Assembly (NCBI GenBank): GCA_041736175.1
Contig: JBGSUI010000084.1
Coordinates: 1 to 11,043 of the forward strand
Direction: 5' to 3'
DNA length: 11,043 bases
DNA from: Oligoflexales bacterium
GTDB lineage: Bacteria; Bdellovibrionota_B; Oligoflexia; Oligoflexales; CAIYRB01
Part shown: piece after piece, positions 7,547 to 11,043 of the stretch
Layout of the letters: each line of letters opens with the position of its first letter
Numbering within the stretch: the stretch's first letter is position 1
Notes under the pieces: model-generated
Databases searched by the model: none
What the model saw: the letters and a program-made list of their open reading frames with translations, nothing else
What the model was told of the DNA's origin: nothing
Translations under genes and position numbers: made by a program

Positions 7547-8334
7547 ACTTCAACCTCCACTTCTATGTTGGGTAAAATATGCCATCTCTTGTTCAGAGCC
7601 CCATCTTTTTTTTCTCCTGGATAAAGTAAAACTGTTCGCGGCTTTTTGCTTTTAAGCCAGTTAGCCAGTGGCTCGGCTAAGTGATTCTGGTTGATCAGAT
7701 CCAACAAATACCCGAGACGCTGAACGTCAGGAATTTGCACTAAAGGTGCAATTTTAGCAAGTGCCGTAGCATTAATTGTGTCGGAGAGCTCAGAAAGAAC
7801 AGTAGCTACGTTACTTAGATGTCCCGAGCTAGCTGAAAACCGCACCAGATCAAACGCAGTTGTTTCTGGAGTTGCGATTCTCATAAATCCTGTTTCTGTT
7901 TGTTTTTCCATTACAGGCATCAGATCGACATTTCTCGCCATTGAAAACTGAATCACAACTTTACCTACTCGTATTTCATTTACTGGCTTATTCGTTATCA
8001 CTTGAAACACCATGGGCTGTTGGTGTGCTGCTCCATGGATAGCAGCAGCGCTCAGAAGTCCAACATAATAAGGTAGACCGATATAGGACATTAAATCACT
8101 TATAAACCAGCTCGCTGGTGGTGATTCTGCTGCTCGGTATTCTGGAGGCACGATTACATAAAAACCCTTTCGTGGGGAGACAATACGACCCTTCTCTTTC
8201 AGTCGACGTAAAGCTGTTTGAGTGGCAATAAATGAGCGACCTGTCTCTCTCTCAGCATGAAGGCGGGTGAAAGTACGGCGTCCTTTTGATTGAAGCTCTT
8301 CTATCCAATGAACCATTTGAGTACCAATTGTCAT
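7543..8334 (-). CDS. abiEi: AbiEi family antitoxin / transcriptional regulator (type IV TA)
   Basis: N-terminal wHTH (ALRRLKEKGRIVSPRKGFYVIVPPEY), YYVGLLSAAAIHGAAHQQP, IATPETTAFDLV and QRLGYLLD. Directly upstream of abiEii. Confidence 0.92.
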   Translation of the reverse strand: MTIGTQMVHWIEELQSKGRRTFTRLHAERETGRSFIATQTALRRLKEKGRIVSPRKGFYVIVPPEYRAAESPPASWFISDLMSYIGLPYYVGLLSAAAIHGAAHQQPMVFQVITNKPVNEIRVGKVVIQFSMARNVDLMPVMEKQTETGFMRIATPETTAFDLVRFSASSGHLSNVATVLSELSDTINATALAKIAPLVQIPDVQRLGYLLDLINQNHLAEPLANWLKSKKPRTVLLYPGEKKDGALNKRWHILPNIEVEVEV

Positions 8335-8376
8335 ACAGCAGTTCGTCCGCTAAAAATGAGTAAAACACTTCAACAA

Positions 8377-8424
8377 GTTAGCATAAAGTGCTAACAAAGC
8401 AAAGCGTATTACACATACCTTTGC
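8377..8424 (-). promoter_or_regulatory. Inverted repeats upstream of abiEi, candidate autoregulatory operators
   Basis: GTTAGCA-N5-TGCTAAC (8377-8395) and an imperfect GCAAAG(C)GTAT...ATACCTTTGC (8399-8424). AbiEi proteins are known to autorepress via promoter inverted repeats. Confidence 0.55.
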
Positions 8425-8497
8425 GTGGTAGTTATTTTAAGCCAATGATTACCATGGCTTTCAAATTTATTGAACGATTTTAAGATGATACGACTCC

Positions 8498-9080
8498 GTC
8501 GGCCAAAAGTCACCCCTCGACGACTTTCAGTCTTGGGGAGGGGGGCCTCGCAAACTTTCGCTAAAAGTCGAAGACCCGTTAGACTCTACCTGAGGGTAGA
8601 AGTACGCAAGGAACTCCCTGAAAGTGGAAAGGATGCCCAATTAAAGGGCTTAAAATGAGTCATTTCAAAAAATTCGAAATGAAATTTGTTGTCAAAGACT
8701 GTTAAAAACGTTGCAACATTTCCACGTGTTCTGATTCCGACAGGTATCCCAGACCCACCGCGGGCTGGGATATAAATCATTGATCGCTCGATTGTACCTT
8801 GAAAAAAGAGCTGCCTAAGAGTCCCTTCAGGTGGAATTCCAGTAAATACTTGCTGTGCCGGGGTCACATAAATCCACCCAAATTGGACCAAACGCATAGC
8901 GGTGCTTTTTCCAAAAAATGTGCCTATCAACTGTGGCGTCGCTTCAGGTTCAGAAAAATTGACAAGCTCAAGCCGTGATTTATCTTCGGAAGGACGCAGT
9001 TCAAGCATCCCTTTTTTGGTATCAGCAGGTATTTCAAGAATCCGATCTGTATATGGTCTATGCCCGCCGCCCTTCCATTC
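8498..9080. repeat. Direct repeat copy B (3' end and downstream region of the metalloprotease gene)
   Basis: See copy A; both copies start GTCGGCCAAAAGTC and end CCGCCCTTCC(A/G)TTC. Confidence 0.95.
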
Positions 9081-9860
9081 ATAATGAAACTTGCCAGAGA
9101 AAAGGTCGTCGTCCCTTGCGAAAAACCACGGCATTTCAATTTCTGGAGTTATCATGTCCCCAAAGGGCAAGCTTATCATCAAAGCTGGAAAGTCCTCTGC
9201 CATAAGGTTAAAGGCATGTTCGTCTAAGCTAATATGCTGGATGCCGAAAATATGTCCTAATTCGTGTGCCAGCACCATTTCGAGATTGCGGCCCATTGCA
9301 TGCCGCCAACGATTGGGCAAAATCGACCCCCAAGGACCGGGTCCCTTTAGTGCATATGGGCCTGTCTCCGGCGATACGTAGATAAAACCCTTGCCCTTGA
9401 GTATTTTTGGGTCATATTCGGTGCGCACCGATTTTGCGACCACTTTTTCGGGAAAGCGGAGGAATTGAGCTTGTTGCTCGGACAAGACTCCAAATTGAAA
9501 GGTCAGATCATGCTGCTCCTGGCAGGTCACCATAAGGAGTGTTTGAGTGGCAAGTAGCATATCTTTAGGGGGGATGCCAAGCCATGGCCAGTAATCAATT
9601 AATTGAAATTCCCTTTTCCAGTAGTCAAATGCGGCGCGAATCTTACTATCAACAACGGCTCGCTCTTGGCCAAAATTGACTTCATCGATCTCAATACAGT
9701 AGCGGATGCTCTCAGTATTTTGGACAAACCAGGGGTTACCAGCATCCGTGAAGAGCTCGCCGCCACCACTATGCCAGCCGCCATAGGCCGCCGCCGGCTG
9801 GATGATGGACCCTAAAAACACTGCTGTCATTGCATACTTTTTTAAACAATGCTTTATCAT
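8586..9860 (-). CDS. Secreted zinc metalloprotease, metzincin clan (matrixin/M10-like core plus uncharacterised C-terminal domain)
   Basis: Signal peptide ending AAAYG, then GGWHSGGGE. HELGHIFGIQH matches HExxHxxGxxH and is followed by a Met-turn candidate NLM. AAFDYW upstream; RBS GGAGG. Confidence 0.85.
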   Translation of the reverse strand: MIKHCLKKYAMTAVFLGSIIQPAAAYGGWHSGGGELFTDAGNPWFVQNTESIRYCIEIDEVNFGQERAVVDSKIRAAFDYWKREFQLIDYWPWLGIPPKDMLLATQTLLMVTCQEQHDLTFQFGVLSEQQAQFLRFPEKVVAKSVRTEYDPKILKGKGFIYVSPETGPYALKGPGPWGSILPNRWRHAMGRNLEMVLAHELGHIFGIQHISLDEHAFNLMAEDFPALMISLPFGDMITPEIEMPWFFARDDDLFSGKFHYEWKGGGHRPYTDRILEIPADTKKGMLELRPSEDKSRLELVNFSEPEATPQLIGTFFGKSTAMRLVQFGWIYVTPAQQVFTGIPPEGTLRQLFFQGTIERSMIYIPARGGSGIPVGIRTRGNVATFLTVFDNKFHFEFFEMTHFKPFNWASFPLSGSSLRTSTLR

Positions 9861-9984
9861 CTTGATTTGCCTCCAAATGTTATTTCTATTAGCATGACAT
9901 ATGGTGAGATGTTTGCTATTTATTTTTTTTGTAACTTTTCAAAAAGCTTTCAGTAGCGCTTAAAGGTCGCTCAGGGAAAAAGTC

Positions 9985-10815
9985 GTGAATATCTTCCAAT
10001 TTAATTATTATCGCGAGGCTATTCGCTCAATCCTATTGGATAAAAAAGAAAAATCCGGTAGTTCCTTTACTTTTGCAAAGTTGGCCAAAGCATGCAAGCT
10101 CCAAAGCACCTACCTCTCAACAGTGCTTAAAGGTGAGCATCACTTGAATTCTGATCAAATATTTTCCGCATCTGAATTTTTAGAGCTTAGCGATGATGAA
10201 TACAGTTTTTTATGTTTACTCCATGAGCATGAGCGATCGATACATCCGCAACGGCGAATTTATCTTGCTCAAAAAATCGAAACAGAAAGAAAAAATGGTC
10301 TTAAAACTGAAAAATTCCTTGGCGGGATGGAAAACGTCTTAACGACGACAATGGCGAAATACGAATTCTACCTCAATCCCAATGCCCCCATTGTGCACAT
10401 GTTTTTAACCATTAAGAAATTTCGATCTAATCCCGAATCTGTACGAAAAATTTTAGGGCTTGATAGTCATACCTTTGACGAAGCATTAAAATGCTGTGAA
10501 AAATCTGGCTTTTTGAGTTTAAATAAAGGCCAAGTTTGTGCCGTCGTCGACTCACTTCACCTGCCTGCTTCTTCCCCACTTTTTCCTATTTACATGTCTA
10601 ATCTCCGTCAAAAGGCCAATGATTTTATAAATACAAGGTCCAATTCAAAACACTATACTTTTGTGGCTCTTTACTCTGCAAGTGAAGAAACTCGAAGTCA
10701 AATCCAAAACCGGTTTTTAGAATTTTTAAGTTGGGCTCAATCTATGACCCAAAAGACTGAACCGACCCACGTCTATCAGATGGCCTTTGATCTACTCTGT
10801 TGGAGCGAGGGCTGA
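9985..10815 (+). CDS. TIGR02147/DUF4423 family protein with N-terminal HTH
   Basis: MNIFQFNYYREAI..., HTH FAKLAKACKLQSTYLSTVLKG, EYSFLCLL and C-terminal VYQMAFDL; size and pattern match the family as recalled. Confidence 0.8.
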   Translation: MNIFQFNYYREAIRSILLDKKEKSGSSFTFAKLAKACKLQSTYLSTVLKGEHHLNSDQIFSASEFLELSDDEYSFLCLLHEHERSIHPQRRIYLAQKIETERKNGLKTEKFLGGMENVLTTTMAKYEFYLNPNAPIVHMFLTIKKFRSNPESVRKILGLDSHTFDEALKCCEKSGFLSLNKGQVCAVVDSLHLPASSPLFPIYMSNLRQKANDFINTRSNSKHYTFVALYSASEETRSQIQNRFLEFLSWAQSMTQKTEPTHVYQMAFDLLCWSEG

Positions 10816-10977
10816 TTTTTCATAGATTTTGAAGATGTGACATCGATATCCTTTTTGACTTAGATCGAGTTACAGAATGCCTTTTCGGAAATCACTGTTC
10901 GACAGCGATTCAGCGAGGGCTATTAATTTTTAGATCATGTGTGTCTCTGGCTAAAACGCACAAAAGAGTGCATTCTT

Positions 10978-11028
10978 TGGCATAATTATTATTATGCCAG
11001 ATTATTTCTATAATATCATTGTATTATA
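10978..11028. promoter_or_regulatory. Two palindromes near the right edge, candidate operator/promoter of a gene outside the window
   Basis: TGGCATAAT-TATT-ATTATGCCA (10978-10999) and TATAATA-TCATTG-TATTATA (11009-11028, contains TATAAT). Confidence 0.45.
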
Positions 11029-11043
11029 AATACCCCTGTCCAG

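Noticed and set aside
6137..9080. DGR template/variable repeat pair
   Set aside because: Mismatches involve all four bases rather than only adenines, there are several indels, the repeat is much longer than a typical TR, and no reverse transcriptase is in the window.
1000..9815. Short antisense or alternate-frame ORFs (e.g. 1210-1644, 2352-2594, 2893-3150, 5515-5718, 6681-6959, 8470-8658, 9091-9381)
   Set aside because: Shadows of well-supported genes with no independent evidence.
1..11043. CRISPR array, rRNA or full tRNA
   Set aside because: No regularly spaced repeat-spacer units or recognisable stable RNA genes seen.

Overview
Accessory or defence-type region, probably from a Bdellovibrionota/Oligoflexia-like bacterium (inferred from a DUF4423/TIGR02147-type protein and a secreted protein with an N-terminal 'GGxxSGGG' motif). 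The main signal is missing from the ORF track. On the minus strand at the left edge is the start of an IS200/IS605 OMEGA element: an omega-RNA (HEARO-like) scaffold followed by a PLMP-domain gene (IscB or IsrB, MVAYVLNKHGKPLMPCSPGKARRL, running off the window). It has inserted into a Gp49/HigB-like RelE-family toxin gene, so the predicted guide is toxin-gene sequence. Next come a class V PLP aminotransferase and yedI (DUF808), a RES toxin/DUF2384 antitoxin pair behind an exact sigma28 consensus with 11-bp phased repeats, and a lipoprotein with a sigma54-like promoter. An AbiEi/AbiEii type IV TA module sits between two about 90% identical, about 600-bp direct repeats: the 3' end of a secreted metzincin gene and a decayed copy of it. 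A divergent DUF4423/TIGR02147 HTH protein ends the window. All calls come from reading motifs by eye; no database searches were run.
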